This document shows positions 16,980 through 27,083 of a stretch of DNA of 64,000 bases, one piece after another. The DNA comes from a virus. Under the pieces are notes generated by a model, which saw only the letters and a program-made list of their open reading frames with translations, did not search any database and was not told the DNA's origin. Numbering within the stretch: position 1 is the stretch's first letter; each line of letters opens with the position of its first letter. The stretch is taken from the IMG/VR virus record IMGVR_UViG_3300034409_000017, positions 1,137 through 65,136 of that record. The stretch is one strand, 5' to 3'. The position numbers and the translations under genes were made by a program.

Positions 16980-17628
16980 ATTCTTGCATGTAATATACGG
17001 AATCCCTACTTTTGAATGTTCCTATCTGTTTGATGCTCTTTTTAAGTGGATCAATTGCATATATGCAAGTATCTTTCACTGAGTTAGAATTGCTAAACTC
17101 TACGGAAGAAAGGTTTAAATCTTTATCTATATACAATGGACACAGGGCATTTCTAAAAATTTTAATTTCCCCATTCCCATCAAGTAGAACGCAAGCGAAT
17201 GAACCCTCTACCCATTCCAATACCTCCGCCAGGGAGCCGCCAATGCTGATGGCTGTTTTAATGTGTGAAACCAGCAAAGCAGTATCCCATCTTATTGATG
17301 GGTACTGTGCGTAATTTGTTAAGGAATTGTGGTTTATTATGCCATTGTGCCATAACACAAAATCGCTAAATTGGGCTGGATGGATCTGGTTTAAAGCTAC
17401 CGCGCCGCTCGTAGGAGCTTGAACATGACAAATATAATAATCAGCGGTAGGTAGATAATTTAAATCTTTCGGAAATTCCCCAAGGTCTTTGAAGGTCTTA
17501 AACAAGGTAAATTTTCCTGCCATCTCTCTAAAGCAAGAAATGGAATAGCTGGATGTACCTCTATTCCTATTTAAATCCGATAGGTAAGCAACTTGTTTTT
17601 TATCGCAAGAAGCAAAGATAGCGCACAT
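16978..17628 (-). CDS. Class II (Ntn) glutamine amidotransferase, partner of QueC
   Basis: N-terminal Cys2, RG, H.QAPT, HP, WHNGII, WDT, EGSFA; coupled to queC. Confidence 0.88.
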   Translation of the reverse strand: MCAIFASCDKKQVAYLSDLNRNRGTSSYSISCFREMAGKFTLFKTFKDLGEFPKDLNYLPTADYYICHVQAPTSGAVALNQIHPAQFSDFVLWHNGIINHNSLTNYAQYPSIRWDTALLVSHIKTAISIGGSLAEVLEWVEGSFACVLLDGNGEIKIFRNALCPLYIDKDLNLSSVEFSNSNSVKDTCIYAIDPLKKSIKQIGTFKSRDSVYYMQE

Positions 17629-18350
17629 TACTCACTGCCTTCAATTTTCGCATCGTAACCCCATTCAATTGGTACTGCGTATGGGATTGGGTCTACGACT
17701 TTTACGTTCATAAAAGCCTGTATTCTCTCACTGCAGCTGGGGCAGGCTGCACACGAAACGCCATTCTTTGGATTATAGCAGGTGATGGTATGCTTGAGTA
17801 AATCGGCACTTCCATCCAACTGCAACAATTTTTTAATTTCTTCGGTTTTGCTCATATCAACAAATGGAGCAACTATTTCAATCTGCCAAGTTCTATTTTG
17901 TACGAGTGCGCTGTTTAAACTATCAACAAACTTTTGAGTAGTATCGTGGTATCCATATTCATCATGTACCTGCAAACCGGTAATGATTTTTTTGCATTTA
18001 TTCACTTCAGCAAAAGAGGCAGCCACACTCATTAAAATCATGTTCCTATTTGGAACGTAAGTAACAGGCTGTGGATCGCCAAGTACCTCTTTGATCGTTG
18101 GCATTTCCATGCTTGAATCCACATTTGCACTAAATCCAATACTCAAATAGCGTAAAAATGGCAATTCCAGTATAGCGTGCTTAACTCCAAGCACTTCGGA
18201 TGAATTTGCAGCGCATAGTAACTCGTGGGATTGTTTTTGACCGTAGTTAAAACTGACACTTAGGACGTTTTCTTTTCCATACTGATCTACCGCCAATCTC
18301 ATTGCGGTAGTACTATCCATTCCACCGCTTAATAATACAACTACTTTCAT
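17628..18350 (-). CDS. queC: 7-cyano-7-deazaguanine synthase
   Basis: LSGGMDS, YGQK, TYVPNRN, TCY..CAACPSC. Confidence 0.96.
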   Translation of the reverse strand: MKVVVLLSGGMDSTTAMRLAVDQYGKENVLSVSFNYGQKQSHELLCAANSSEVLGVKHAILELPFLRYLSIGFSANVDSSMEMPTIKEVLGDPQPVTYVPNRNMILMSVAASFAEVNKCKKIITGLQVHDEYGYHDTTQKFVDSLNSALVQNRTWQIEIVAPFVDMSKTEEIKKLLQLDGSADLLKHTITCYNPKNGVSCAACPSCSERIQAFMNVKVVDPIPYAVPIEWGYDAKIEGSE

Positions 18351-19285
18351 TGCCCTTCTCCGAGTATTTTATCAGCATAATCCTTTGCCTGCTTCTTATC
18401 AGTAGGCGGTGAATTTTGCTCCAAATAGGCTTCAATTTGCTCCTGTTTGGATTTGGATCCACCGCGCAATTCCACACTCTCAAGGTTTATATCAGCGGTT
18501 TCTACCACTTCAATGGCATTAACTGCGTGCACATTAGAACCTCGTTTGCTTTTAACAATGAAGAGTCCTTCTTTTGGAATGTCATCTTCGGAGTTAACTT
18601 CAATGTGCTTTGGGTGTTCTGTAGGGATCCGAGTAAACTCACCATCTATTAGAGTGGCAATTTGACCTTCTAATCCTTTGTCTCTCCAATCCCTTTGTCC
18701 TGGAGCGCCAATATAGCTGAAATTATCCAAGTCTTCATACTTGTGGATGTCACCACTGTACACCCTTTTGAACCTGGCGAATTCTTTTAGTCTGATTCCT
18801 TTTACATTTTTAGCTCCATACTTTTCAAGTATTTCTACTAATGGTAAATGGGTAAAAACGGTAGAATTGTCTGGTACTTGCTCCAGCAGCTTCCGATAAT
18901 CTTCATCTTTCCTCTGAAAAGGAACCAACCAATTTCCTTTGTGCTCAACGGTTCTATGGTCTACAATCACTACTTTGCCATTATCCAGCTGAAAATCGCT
19001 GATTTCATGAAGAGTGGCTCTTCCTGGTACATAGGAATCATGCTGCCCACTCATCCATACTACATCGCCAGATTTCCAATTTTTAATTAAATTGATTAGC
19101 AAGTTCAATACCCGAGAATCGACCTTATCGCGAATTTCAAGCACATCACCCAAAATATAAAGATCAAAACCAGAACCAGGATAACCATACTTGCTGGTTA
19201 CCGTTTCTACGAATTGTTCGCACCAATCTAAACGCCAGCGAGGCAAATGGTGTAAATGCAGGTCAGCTAATAGTAATATTTTCAT
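18347..19285 (-). CDS. SbcD/Mre11/T4 gp47-like metallophosphoesterase nuclease
   Basis: ADLH, LGD, GQHD, FTH, SGDIH. Confidence 0.87.
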   Translation of the reverse strand: MKILLLADLHLHHLPRWRLDWCEQFVETVTSKYGYPGSGFDLYILGDVLEIRDKVDSRVLNLLINLIKNWKSGDVVWMSGQHDSYVPGRATLHEISDFQLDNGKVVIVDHRTVEHKGNWLVPFQRKDEDYRKLLEQVPDNSTVFTHLPLVEILEKYGAKNVKGIRLKEFARFKRVYSGDIHKYEDLDNFSYIGAPGQRDWRDKGLEGQIATLIDGEFTRIPTEHPKHIEVNSEDDIPKEGLFIVKSKRGSNVHAVNAIEVVETADINLESVELRGGSKSKQEQIEAYLEQNSPPTDKKQAKDYADKILGEGQ

Positions 19286-19307
19286 TGTGTTATTATACTT
19301 TTATTGT

Positions 19308-19880
19308 TTATAACTCTTCAAGTAGCGCTATTGCCAGCTCTCTGGTAGCCATTATATCATCCAAAGAATTATGGAAAGCATAATCCGTTAGACCAAAATA
19401 ATCCGCCACATCTTGAAGTTTGGTTGTGGCTAAATCCTCCTTTGGAATCACCCCTTTGTACCGAAGAGCTCCAACTAAATGCAAAACATCGAAAAAACTT
19501 CTATAAATATAAGAGCCTAAATAAGCATCTCCGTGCCTGTGAAAGAAAGCACTTATAAAATCAATATCAAATTGTACATTGTATCCAGCCACAATGAGCT
19601 TATCGTGTTTATCGTAGCGATCAATGAATTGATTAAGAAATTTTATAAACTTAGTGTATTGAACATTTGCTTTAGGATACTCCATCAATTCCTCTTTTGT
19701 TTTGCCGACCACCTTTAAAGCGCTATCCTGTATATCAGCAGTTCTATGTGGAGCGATAGTTTCATCAAAAACACCTTTTATTTCTCCGTCTATCTCTACC
19801 ATACAAGATAGCTGCACAATAGCGCACTTTTTACAGTCTAATCCAGTTGTTTCTACATCAATCCACAATACTTTCTTCAT
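19308..19880 (-). CDS. DEDDh 3'-5' exonuclease (DnaQ-like)
   Basis: IDVETTG, YNVQFD, HNSLDD. Confidence 0.92.
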   Translation of the reverse strand: MKKVLWIDVETTGLDCKKCAIVQLSCMVEIDGEIKGVFDETIAPHRTADIQDSALKVVGKTKEELMEYPKANVQYTKFIKFLNQFIDRYDKHDKLIVAGYNVQFDIDFISAFFHRHGDAYLGSYIYRSFFDVLHLVGALRYKGVIPKEDLATTKLQDVADYFGLTDYAFHNSLDDIMATRELAIALLEEL

Positions 19881-20553
19881 TGTACTCCTTCTTTTTAATT
19901 AACCACATTTGTTTTCGAATGGTATTCATCGAAGTTTTTATCTTATTTGACTCCATCAGAATAAACACTTCTTTTGGTTTAATACCAGGATTGTTTTTAA
20001 CTATATACTTTATCCAAGCCGTTACCCCTTCTGGGATATCGCCTTCAATTTTACCTGCTGCTAACTCTTTAAGCGGTGCAAAGAAAGCTGGGTACTGCTT
20101 TTGAGTTATAATAGGATTCACAAAATCCTTTCTAAGTACTGTATAAACTTCTTTGAATACTTGTCCGTGTGGGGTATTCAAAACAAGTTTAAACCTTTCT
20201 AAACCTGGGCAAAGCCTCCATTGCACATGATGAGATAACTCGTGAGCTACAACGACAATTAAATGCTCTAAATGGCTCGCTACTTTAATTTTACCAATTA
20301 TTGGATGCTTGTTAAATGAAGCGTATTCCAAGTGATGCTCTTCCCCTGTCTGCCAATAATCTTTGGTTATAGCAATCCGATGAGCTCCAGCGGAACTCGT
20401 AGCATTCTTTGTTATTTTGATTATACTCTGAGCATACTGAATATCTTTTTTAGTTATTGCATATACGTAAATATCCTGTGAGAGAAACTTCATCATTTCT
20501 CTCACCAGAACCGTAACTACTTGCTCAAGATTACTAATGTTGTACAGCGCCAT
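19858..20553 (-). CDS. HExxH (SprT-like) metalloprotease domain plus C-terminal HTH
   Basis: VAHELSH...PHGQVFK; C-term TSMNTIRKQMW. Confidence 0.7.
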   Translation of the reverse strand: MALYNISNLEQVVTVLVREMMKFLSQDIYVYAITKKDIQYAQSIIKITKNATSSAGAHRIAITKDYWQTGEEHHLEYASFNKHPIIGKIKVASHLEHLIVVVAHELSHHVQWRLCPGLERFKLVLNTPHGQVFKEVYTVLRKDFVNPIITQKQYPAFFAPLKELAAGKIEGDIPEGVTAWIKYIVKNNPGIKPKEVFILMESNKIKTSMNTIRKQMWLIKKKEYNEESIVD

Positions 20554-20834
20554 TACTTACTCCTGCGGAACTCCCAAATTTGCCGTCTAACTGTATTCAT
20601 TGATGTGGTAAATCCAGCATCGATTACCCCCTTATAAACATCAGAAGGGCTAATTTCTGGATCTTTGCTTAAAAGTCCGCGCATAATATGCACGGCTCCT
20701 TTTCTGTGAACTTGTCGTTTGGTTTTCCACGCCCACTTTCCGTCTTTTTCAAAGAAAGTAACTCTTTGTGGATCGATGTCAAGAGCTTTTGCCGCCCTTA
20801 TTGCATTCCCCTTTGAGGAGTAAGTTTGTTTCAT
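20553..20834 (-). CDS. Small putative HTH DNA-binding protein
   Basis: C-term SPSDVYK..TSMNTVRRQIW shared with neighbour; behind leader copy. Confidence 0.7.
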   Translation of the reverse strand: MKQTYSSKGNAIRAAKALDIDPQRVTFFEKDGKWAWKTKRQVHRKGAVHIMRGLLSKDPEISPSDVYKGVIDAGFTTSMNTVRRQIWEFRRSK

Positions 20835-20949
20835 ACTATATTTCCTATAAAATTTATTTAAAAGTGCCGAGGACTTATTTCCTCAACATATATAAGTATA
20901 GGACAGTTGACTTAAAATATCAACTTGTTTTTCAATGTATTTAACTTTT
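20835..20949 (-). promoter_or_regulatory. Diverged leader copy on minus strand
   Basis: Reverse complement TTGATA-17-TATACT, TGTTGAGGA-aataag-TCCTCGGCA hairpin, TAGGAAAT RBS. Confidence 0.8.
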
Positions 20950-22427
20950 TATTTTCCTCTTTGTTTTTTCAAAAGGGTTAAGAGGTCAGAATCTTTGGTG
21001 AGTTGGCTGAAAGAGCGTTTTGCTTTTCTGACTATTTCCAGGTTTATTTCATCTATGGTCTCCTCACAGACTAAATCCACATAGGTACAGTGATTCTTTT
21101 GCCCCGTTCTGTGGATTCTTTTTTCAGCTTGTTTTCTATCGATGAGGCTTCTATTATTACTAAAAAAGCAGCAGGTGTTGGCCTCGTATAGATCGATTCC
21201 TACGCCTAAACTTTTCTGGTTAGCTATGAGTACATCAACTTTACCAGCCGCCCAATCATTCAAAATTTCCTCTTTTTGGGCTTGTCCTCCTTGCCCTTTG
21301 ATAGCTTTGATATTCAACTTTTTAAAGGATTTTGAAAGGTTTTTTAGTAGATAATCACTCTCTTCTCGCAGCCAGCACCACACGATGAATTGCTTTCCAT
21401 TTTCAATGCAAATATCCTCCACTAAAGCCTTAACAGCTTCTAACTTAGGAGAGTTTTTCATTTCAACCCCAGCTGTTATCTTCATAAGCTCAAATTCGGG
21501 ACCAACGCCCGCTTCATCCTCTGCCCCAGTGAGTAATTCATCATACGCAGCTTTCTGCTGGTTATTCATAGCCACTGGAAGAGTGGTAAAAGTTTTACCA
21601 GGTAAATCTTTGCATTCGCTTTCTTCCCATCGTATAACCTTGCTCCAAAACATTTGCATAAATTGCTGGCGTTTTTCCGTCTTCAATAGGTATTTTATGT
21701 ACCTGCCCTTGTCTTGAGCGTTAAAGTAATAAGACAGGAACTTGTAGTAATTAGTTCCAAAGGTTTCTCCTTTGTCCAAAATATAGTATAAAGCCCAAAC
21801 GCCAGTATAATTATTTCCAGTTGGAGTTCCAGTCATTAGATAGCGTTTTGGTATATCCAACAAATACTTTTTGTAGCCTAAAAACCCTTTTGTATCTGGG
21901 TTTCTTAATACGTGGGCTTCATCTACCAATAGGATGTCAAATGATTGGAATAGCGATTTTAAATGCTTTTCAATGATTGGATCCTGCTGCGCCCATCTAA
22001 ACAAGCTCACAAGCCACGGATGGCTGGCTACCGTTATATTACTAACAGACCTTTCCAATTGGGTGAGTTTTTCTTCTTTGCTATTGAGGTTTGAATCAAC
22101 CACGGTAACACTTAAATTTGAGTGCTTATGCACTTCATTCTTCCACTGCCTTGTAACCATTGGTGGGCAAGTTACTAAAGCCCTTCCTTTGCCGTCTAAC
22201 ATCTCTGAAATAGTAGTTATGTCCAGCCCGATTTTAGTTTTTCCCAAGCCCATATCTAAGGCATACAGCCAAGTATCCTGATCTAAGCTCAAGTACAAAG
22301 ACCTTGCTTGGTGCTCTAAAGGCTGAGTTTTAAGTTGAAAAGCGTCTAAAGTATCGTTAATAGTATCTATTGGAATGCCTTTTAGTTGGTATCCAATGGT
22401 TCCCTTCGGTTCTCTTTCTTTTTTCAT
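20949..22427 (-). CDS. SNF2-family helicase
   Basis: DMGLGKT, DEAH, MTGTP, GVGIDL, QAEKRIHRTGQ. Confidence 0.93.
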   Translation of the reverse strand: MKKEREPKGTIGYQLKGIPIDTINDTLDAFQLKTQPLEHQARSLYLSLDQDTWLYALDMGLGKTKIGLDITTISEMLDGKGRALVTCPPMVTRQWKNEVHKHSNLSVTVVDSNLNSKEEKLTQLERSVSNITVASHPWLVSLFRWAQQDPIIEKHLKSLFQSFDILLVDEAHVLRNPDTKGFLGYKKYLLDIPKRYLMTGTPTGNNYTGVWALYYILDKGETFGTNYYKFLSYYFNAQDKGRYIKYLLKTEKRQQFMQMFWSKVIRWEESECKDLPGKTFTTLPVAMNNQQKAAYDELLTGAEDEAGVGPEFELMKITAGVEMKNSPKLEAVKALVEDICIENGKQFIVWCWLREESDYLLKNLSKSFKKLNIKAIKGQGGQAQKEEILNDWAAGKVDVLIANQKSLGVGIDLYEANTCCFFSNNRSLIDRKQAEKRIHRTGQKNHCTYVDLVCEETIDEINLEIVRKAKRSFSQLTKDSDLLTLLKKQRGK

Positions 22428-23851
22428 TGTCTCTTCCTTATGCGTCGGCGGTTTTTATCTTCCTGTTCCTCTACCTCTTCTTGTTCATAATCTTCTAAAA
22501 TCTTCGAGGCTTGACAAAATTGCCCAATGTTGAGATTTTGCCAAATTTCCACAAGCCCCCATTTAGTTTGGTTTCTTGATCGCATCACATTTATGCGCAT
22601 CTTGCCTGTCTGGTATTCTGCCTTACTTTGATTCAAGGAAATTCCAGTATCTGCAATTTGAACTATTCCAATGCTCTCTCCGGTGTGCTGTGTACCAACC
22701 AAATTCGCTCCTATGCTTTCTCTGTTTCCTTGATGGGTGGTTACCACCGCAGCATTGTATTCGCTGGCTATTCTTCTAAGTTCTCGAGCCACTTGAGATA
22801 GACCAAGCCTCTGCCTGTTGGTATCCGTAGATCCTTGATATTTGATATCCATCAATCCATCAACTATTATAATATCTGGCAACTTGCCAAAGGTTACATC
22901 AAATAGGGTAACTTCTTTTTCTATATCCTTTATTGAAGCGGTTCCCGAGGCATACTCCTTAACACTCAACATTCCTCCGAATTTCTTCAAAATGCTTAAA
23001 TTTTTATGTACTTGGTCTACATTAAACAGCGAGCTTGCTTGGTGCTTTTCTTTTTCTTGCCAATTTTCATCCCATCGCTCTATTTCCTTTTGATGATCAT
23101 CTTCAAACCTTGGGGAGTACGTTCCAGAAATGTTTTGTAGGGTTCTTTGCAAAACGCGCTCCTTGCTCATTTCTAAAGTGAGATATAGAACATATTTACC
23201 ACTTAATAAAGCGGAAGTTGCAAAATGTACCACAGCCCAAGACTTGCCGACATTCATTGGTGCCATGACCAAAAATAGTTCTTTTCTAAATAGACCCTTC
23301 AGATAATCGTCTAAAGCGTAAATTCGAGTTGGGCAACAAAAATTATCCTCACTTCTGGCAATTTCATATATGTCATTTTTATTGAGATTTAAATCGTTGG
23401 TGGCTGCTCCAGACAGTACCCCACTATTTCTAATAGAATCAACTAATCGGTTTTCTGCTGACTTAACATCTCCTTGATGCAAAAGCTCTGATGCTTCGAA
23501 TAGGGATTTTTGGATTTGAATGGTTTTTATGTGTTGATCTATTTTAGACAGTATCCACTTCCATTCTGGCGCAGGCAGCTTTAGTATTTTTTGAGCTAAG
23601 CGGATTATTAGCTTGGATTGTTCACCAGGATACATTTCCTCAATAGTAACAATCAGCAAGTCTAAACTTGGAATAGATTCAAACGTGCTCCAGTAAGTGA
23701 TAATACTGTTATATAAACGGGCTTTCGACTTAGTGGAAAAGTTGCTTTCTTCTAAAGAATCTGAAGTAAGCTGTAGCAGTTTTGGGTACTCTAATAAGGA
23801 ACGTATGTATCTATCTTCAAGTTGTTGATCTAAGAGAGTGACCTCATCCAT
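22424..23851 (-). CDS. DnaB-like replicative helicase
   Basis: APMNVGKS, LTLEM, IIVD, QGNR, ADTG. Confidence 0.9.
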   Translation of the reverse strand: MDEVTLLDQQLEDRYIRSLLEYPKLLQLTSDSLEESNFSTKSKARLYNSIITYWSTFESIPSLDLLIVTIEEMYPGEQSKLIIRLAQKILKLPAPEWKWILSKIDQHIKTIQIQKSLFEASELLHQGDVKSAENRLVDSIRNSGVLSGAATNDLNLNKNDIYEIARSEDNFCCPTRIYALDDYLKGLFRKELFLVMAPMNVGKSWAVVHFATSALLSGKYVLYLTLEMSKERVLQRTLQNISGTYSPRFEDDHQKEIERWDENWQEKEKHQASSLFNVDQVHKNLSILKKFGGMLSVKEYASGTASIKDIEKEVTLFDVTFGKLPDIIIVDGLMDIKYQGSTDTNRQRLGLSQVARELRRIASEYNAAVVTTHQGNRESIGANLVGTQHTGESIGIVQIADTGISLNQSKAEYQTGKMRINVMRSRNQTKWGLVEIWQNLNIGQFCQASKILEDYEQEEVEEQEDKNRRRIRKRQ

Positions 23852-23853
23852 TT

Positions 23854-24342
23854 TTATGCGATTCCACCTTTTTCATATGGAAACACAATCCAGGAAGAAT
23901 CATTAGTATCCCCGTAATGATCAATAGGAATTTTACAGTTATCTGATTTGATGGTAGTACAAGTAATGATATTAAAATGGACATCGTTGAACTCCTTAAT
24001 AAAGTTAAAATGGTCCAAAACGTATTTCATCGTTTTACCGCTATCTACTATATCATCCGCTATAATGACATTTTCTACCCCTGTTAAATCGCTTATGCAG
24101 GGCAATGGACTTTCCACTTTAATCTTGCAGGATTTTTCTCCTTCATAGGAAGATAAATGGATGATTTTTAGCGGAATATCAAAATGGTGGCTGATAAACA
24201 AAGCAGGAACGATACCACCTCTTGCAACTCCGTATACCACCGTTGGAACTTCTAATGGGGCATTTCCTAATTGAGATTCTAATTCTTTGCAAATTTTTAA
24301 ATTCAGCTTAGCAAGGGTTTCCATTCCCAAGTAATTTTTCAT
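23854..24342 (-). CDS. Type I phosphoribosyltransferase (Gpt-like)
   Basis: VARGG..PA, IADDIVDSGKT PRPP loop, WIVFPYE. Confidence 0.92.
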   Translation of the reverse strand: MKNYLGMETLAKLNLKICKELESQLGNAPLEVPTVVYGVARGGIVPALFISHHFDIPLKIIHLSSYEGEKSCKIKVESPLPCISDLTGVENVIIADDIVDSGKTMKYVLDHFNFIKEFNDVHFNIITCTTIKSDNCKIPIDHYGDTNDSSWIVFPYEKGGIA

Positions 24343-25087
24343 GCGTTTCTCCTATGGTTTGAGTGCTTAACAATTTACCAATCTTATCATACCCTTCAAT
24401 ATCTGAACATCTAAGGGCTTTATCCTTTAGACTTTGTATTTCTTTTAGCTTCTTAGTTTCCACTTTAGATTTATCCAATTGTTCTTTAGAAGCCTCTAAA
24501 TAAAGCAATTTTCCACCATATTGATCCCTTATGTGCTCCTCCCACAAATTCCATCCAAAAGAATCCAGCAGACTCTTAGGTGAGGTAGCAAAAACCGAAT
24601 TAAATTTTACTGCTTTGGGCAAAACACTGGTAAAATAATCAATCAATAAATCTTCTATGGAATTTCCAGCTTCTCCTTTCCAAATTTCAAATCTTTCAAT
24701 TAGCGAGCTGCAAATACCAGAAAATCTGGTTGGATTGCATTGATTCAATCCAAGGTCAGCCCCAACCTGATCAAATATGAGATACACTGCGCAATCGGTT
24801 TTACTTATTGGATTATCTTTATACCACCAATAGAATTGCAAAATTCCGCTGTTTTCGTTGATATCAGCTATCCGGAAAAGATCCACCAACTCCTGCACCC
24901 TATCTTCATCGTTTCTATGCTGAATTAAGTTAGTGCAATGCGTAAGGGTAAAAGCCTCTTTTTGGTTCAATTTTAGCAGGTTGAGCTCTTGCTTCAATTC
25001 CTGTTTGATTAAAACAGCTGCGTTTTTGGAAAGACGTTTCTTTCCTTCGAATGCTATTTTTCCTTTGCCCGCTGACAGCCTACTCAC
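24308..25087 (-). CDS. Hypothetical protein
   Basis: 259 aa in replication operon, no recognised motif. Confidence 0.7.
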   Translation of the reverse strand: MSRLSAGKGKIAFEGKKRLSKNAAVLIKQELKQELNLLKLNQKEAFTLTHCTNLIQHRNDEDRVQELVDLFRIADINENSGILQFYWWYKDNPISKTDCAVYLIFDQVGADLGLNQCNPTRFSGICSSLIERFEIWKGEAGNSIEDLLIDYFTSVLPKAVKFNSVFATSPKSLLDSFGWNLWEEHIRDQYGGKLLYLEASKEQLDKSKVETKKLKEIQSLKDKALRCSDIEGYDKIGKLLSTQTIGETHEKLLGNGNPC

Positions 25088-25941
25088 GTTACAATGTAAA
25101 GAGCCTTTTCAAATTCAGAGTTAAATGCCCATTCTTTACTCAGATATTCCCAATTTGCTCTTTTGTTAAATTCATCATTGCAAAAAGTTTCCAGAATTTC
25201 TAAGGTGTTAAGATCCGGATTTGGAAGGGTCGCCAATTTTTTAAAGGTGTTTACTTCCTTGTTGCTGACCTCATAATTTACACTGTTATTTAGGATCAAT
25301 AAAGCCTTTTTGTGCCCGACCCCGCGCATTCCTGGATAGTTATCACTCTTGTCCCCAACGAGGGCTTTGTACTCTACTATCTGCTTTGGGGTGCACCCCA
25401 ATTCTTGCATTATCTCATTCTCACCCAACCAAGCATCCTGAAATGGGTCCAAAATAAAAGTGCAGTTATCCACCAATTGATACATATCTTTATCCCTTGT
25501 TACGATAACTTTATTTTCATCCCCCAAGGTGTTACAGATTATTCCAATTAGGTCATCCGCTTCTGCATATTCATAATACAGCGAAAAACGCGGGGATACT
25601 CGCGTTAATTCATCTCTAAGTAGGTTTATGAAAGTATATACATTTAAATGCTCCCTTGCGTCTTTTTTCGCTGCCCTGTTTGCTTTATATTCAGGATAGA
25701 TGGATCTTCTTAATTTAGTGGAGTTCCTGCCATCCCAGCAGATTATTACCTTTGAAAATAGCGGTCTCCTTTTATCCACTTCTTTTACAATGCTAACAAG
25801 CTGCTTACAAAAAGAATAGATGAAAAGCCCACCAACGGCTTCCACCTCTTCTTTTTCATCTGGCACGTTTTTAAAGCCACTTATAGGTTTTGCGTGCCAA
25901 GCTCTATGGGCTATACTGGATCCATCTACTATTATATACAT
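25084..25941 (-). CDS. 5'-3' exonuclease/flap endonuclease (T4 RNase H-like)
   Basis: IVDG, YPEYKANR, EADD, RDKD, ALVGDKSDNYPG. Confidence 0.94.
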   Translation of the reverse strand: MYIIVDGSSIAHRAWHAKPISGFKNVPDEKEEVEAVGGLFIYSFCKQLVSIVKEVDKRRPLFSKVIICWDGRNSTKLRRSIYPEYKANRAAKKDAREHLNVYTFINLLRDELTRVSPRFSLYYEYAEADDLIGIICNTLGDENKVIVTRDKDMYQLVDNCTFILDPFQDAWLGENEIMQELGCTPKQIVEYKALVGDKSDNYPGMRGVGHKKALLILNNSVNYEVSNKEVNTFKKLATLPNPDLNTLEILETFCNDEFNKRANWEYLSKEWAFNSEFEKALYIVT

Positions 25942-25959
25942 ACATCATCCTCAGCTGGT

Positions 25960-27024
25960 TTATGTTTTAAACTTTGGGCGTTCGATGGCCACCTTTTGTT
26001 CTTTTTCCTTTTTTACTTTTGTTTCCACGATAGAGGAGTTCATTAAATCACTTTTTGCCCTGCGATTGATTTTGGTCTTATCTTCCAAATCATCCCAAGC
26101 TGCTTGAGCCATATTAACTAACTGTAAATACAAACCTTCCGTATTTTCTATATGCTCAATCATTTCTGCATTCCGCATCTTTTGATCGTCAAAAAGATAG
26201 TACCCACCTGTGGCTTTTTTAATTCTTAATTCCGTATCTATCTTATCATCCGATAAGAAGGTCAACAAGGAATCAATGTTATCCACACCATAGCCAAAAA
26301 GTATTGGAAAGCCCGCATTTCTATAGGGATTTGAGACTTTGTTTTTTGTTACCTTTGCTTCCACTTTTATTCCACAAACTTTATCGGTTTTGGAATTTTT
26401 TACTTTGCCAGCTTCCGCAAGCCAAAGAATATGGCTGCAATAAAAATCAAGGGCTTTCCCACCAGAACGTTTATATTTCGGAGAAAAAGGCAAAGCACCA
26501 ATGTTCTCCCTCACCTGCGAAATAACCATCAGATGAATGTTAGCGTCTTCCATCGGTCTTACCAACTTTCGAAAAAGTTCCGATAATTTGGCTGCTTTAC
26601 GATCATAATCCTGCTTGCCAAAATCCTTTTTAATGTCTGCTTCTGAAGTTAACGCATCTAAACTATCCAAAATAACCAAGGTGCCTTCTTGCTTATTAGC
26701 TTGTTCGCAAATAACGCTCAATTCTTTGAATAGGTGTTCCACTGTCTCCCCCTGCCTAAAATCGATGGCATCCACAGGCATACCCAATGAAGCAGCGTAC
26801 TGCTGATCAAATGCAGCTTCCGCCTCATAGTACACAACTTTTGGAGTTAACCCTTTAGGAGGATGATTGATAAATAAAGTGGCTGCTTCTATTGCAAGCA
26901 AAGTCTTCCCTGAAGATCTATCACCTACAATATTCGAGATTCTTCCCAATTTCCAGCCGCCATTAGCTTCGCCGCTCAACGCCAAATTTAGCAGCGTTGA
27001 GCCGCTGTGGATAGTTTCTTGCAT
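25960..27024 (-). CDS. recA: RecA/UvsX-like recombinase (start likely MQETIH)
   Basis: GDRSSGKT, ILDSLDAL, ISQVRE, SGGKALDFY, KNKV. Confidence 0.9.
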   Translation of the reverse strand: MQETIHSGSTLLNLALSGEANGGWKLGRISNIVGDRSSGKTLLAIEAATLFINHPPKGLTPKVVYYEAEAAFDQQYAASLGMPVDAIDFRQGETVEHLFKELSVICEQANKQEGTLVILDSLDALTSEADIKKDFGKQDYDRKAAKLSELFRKLVRPMEDANIHLMVISQVRENIGALPFSPKYKRSGGKALDFYCSHILWLAEAGKVKNSKTDKVCGIKVEAKVTKNKVSNPYRNAGFPILFGYGVDNIDSLLTFLSDDKIDTELRIKKATGGYYLFDDQKMRNAEMIEHIENTEGLYLQLVNMAQAAWDDLEDKTKINRRAKSDLMNSSIVETKVKKEKEQKVAIERPKFKT

Positions 27025-27043
27025 TTTTACTCCAGTTTGATGG

Positions 27044-27074
27044 GTTAGTAAGGGCAAAAATAGCCCTTACTAAC
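27044..27074 (-). other. 12-bp stem hairpin between SSB and recombinase genes
   Basis: GTTAGTAAGGGC-aaaaata-GCCCTTACTAAC. Confidence 0.65.
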
Positions 27075-27083
27075 AATAAAAAT

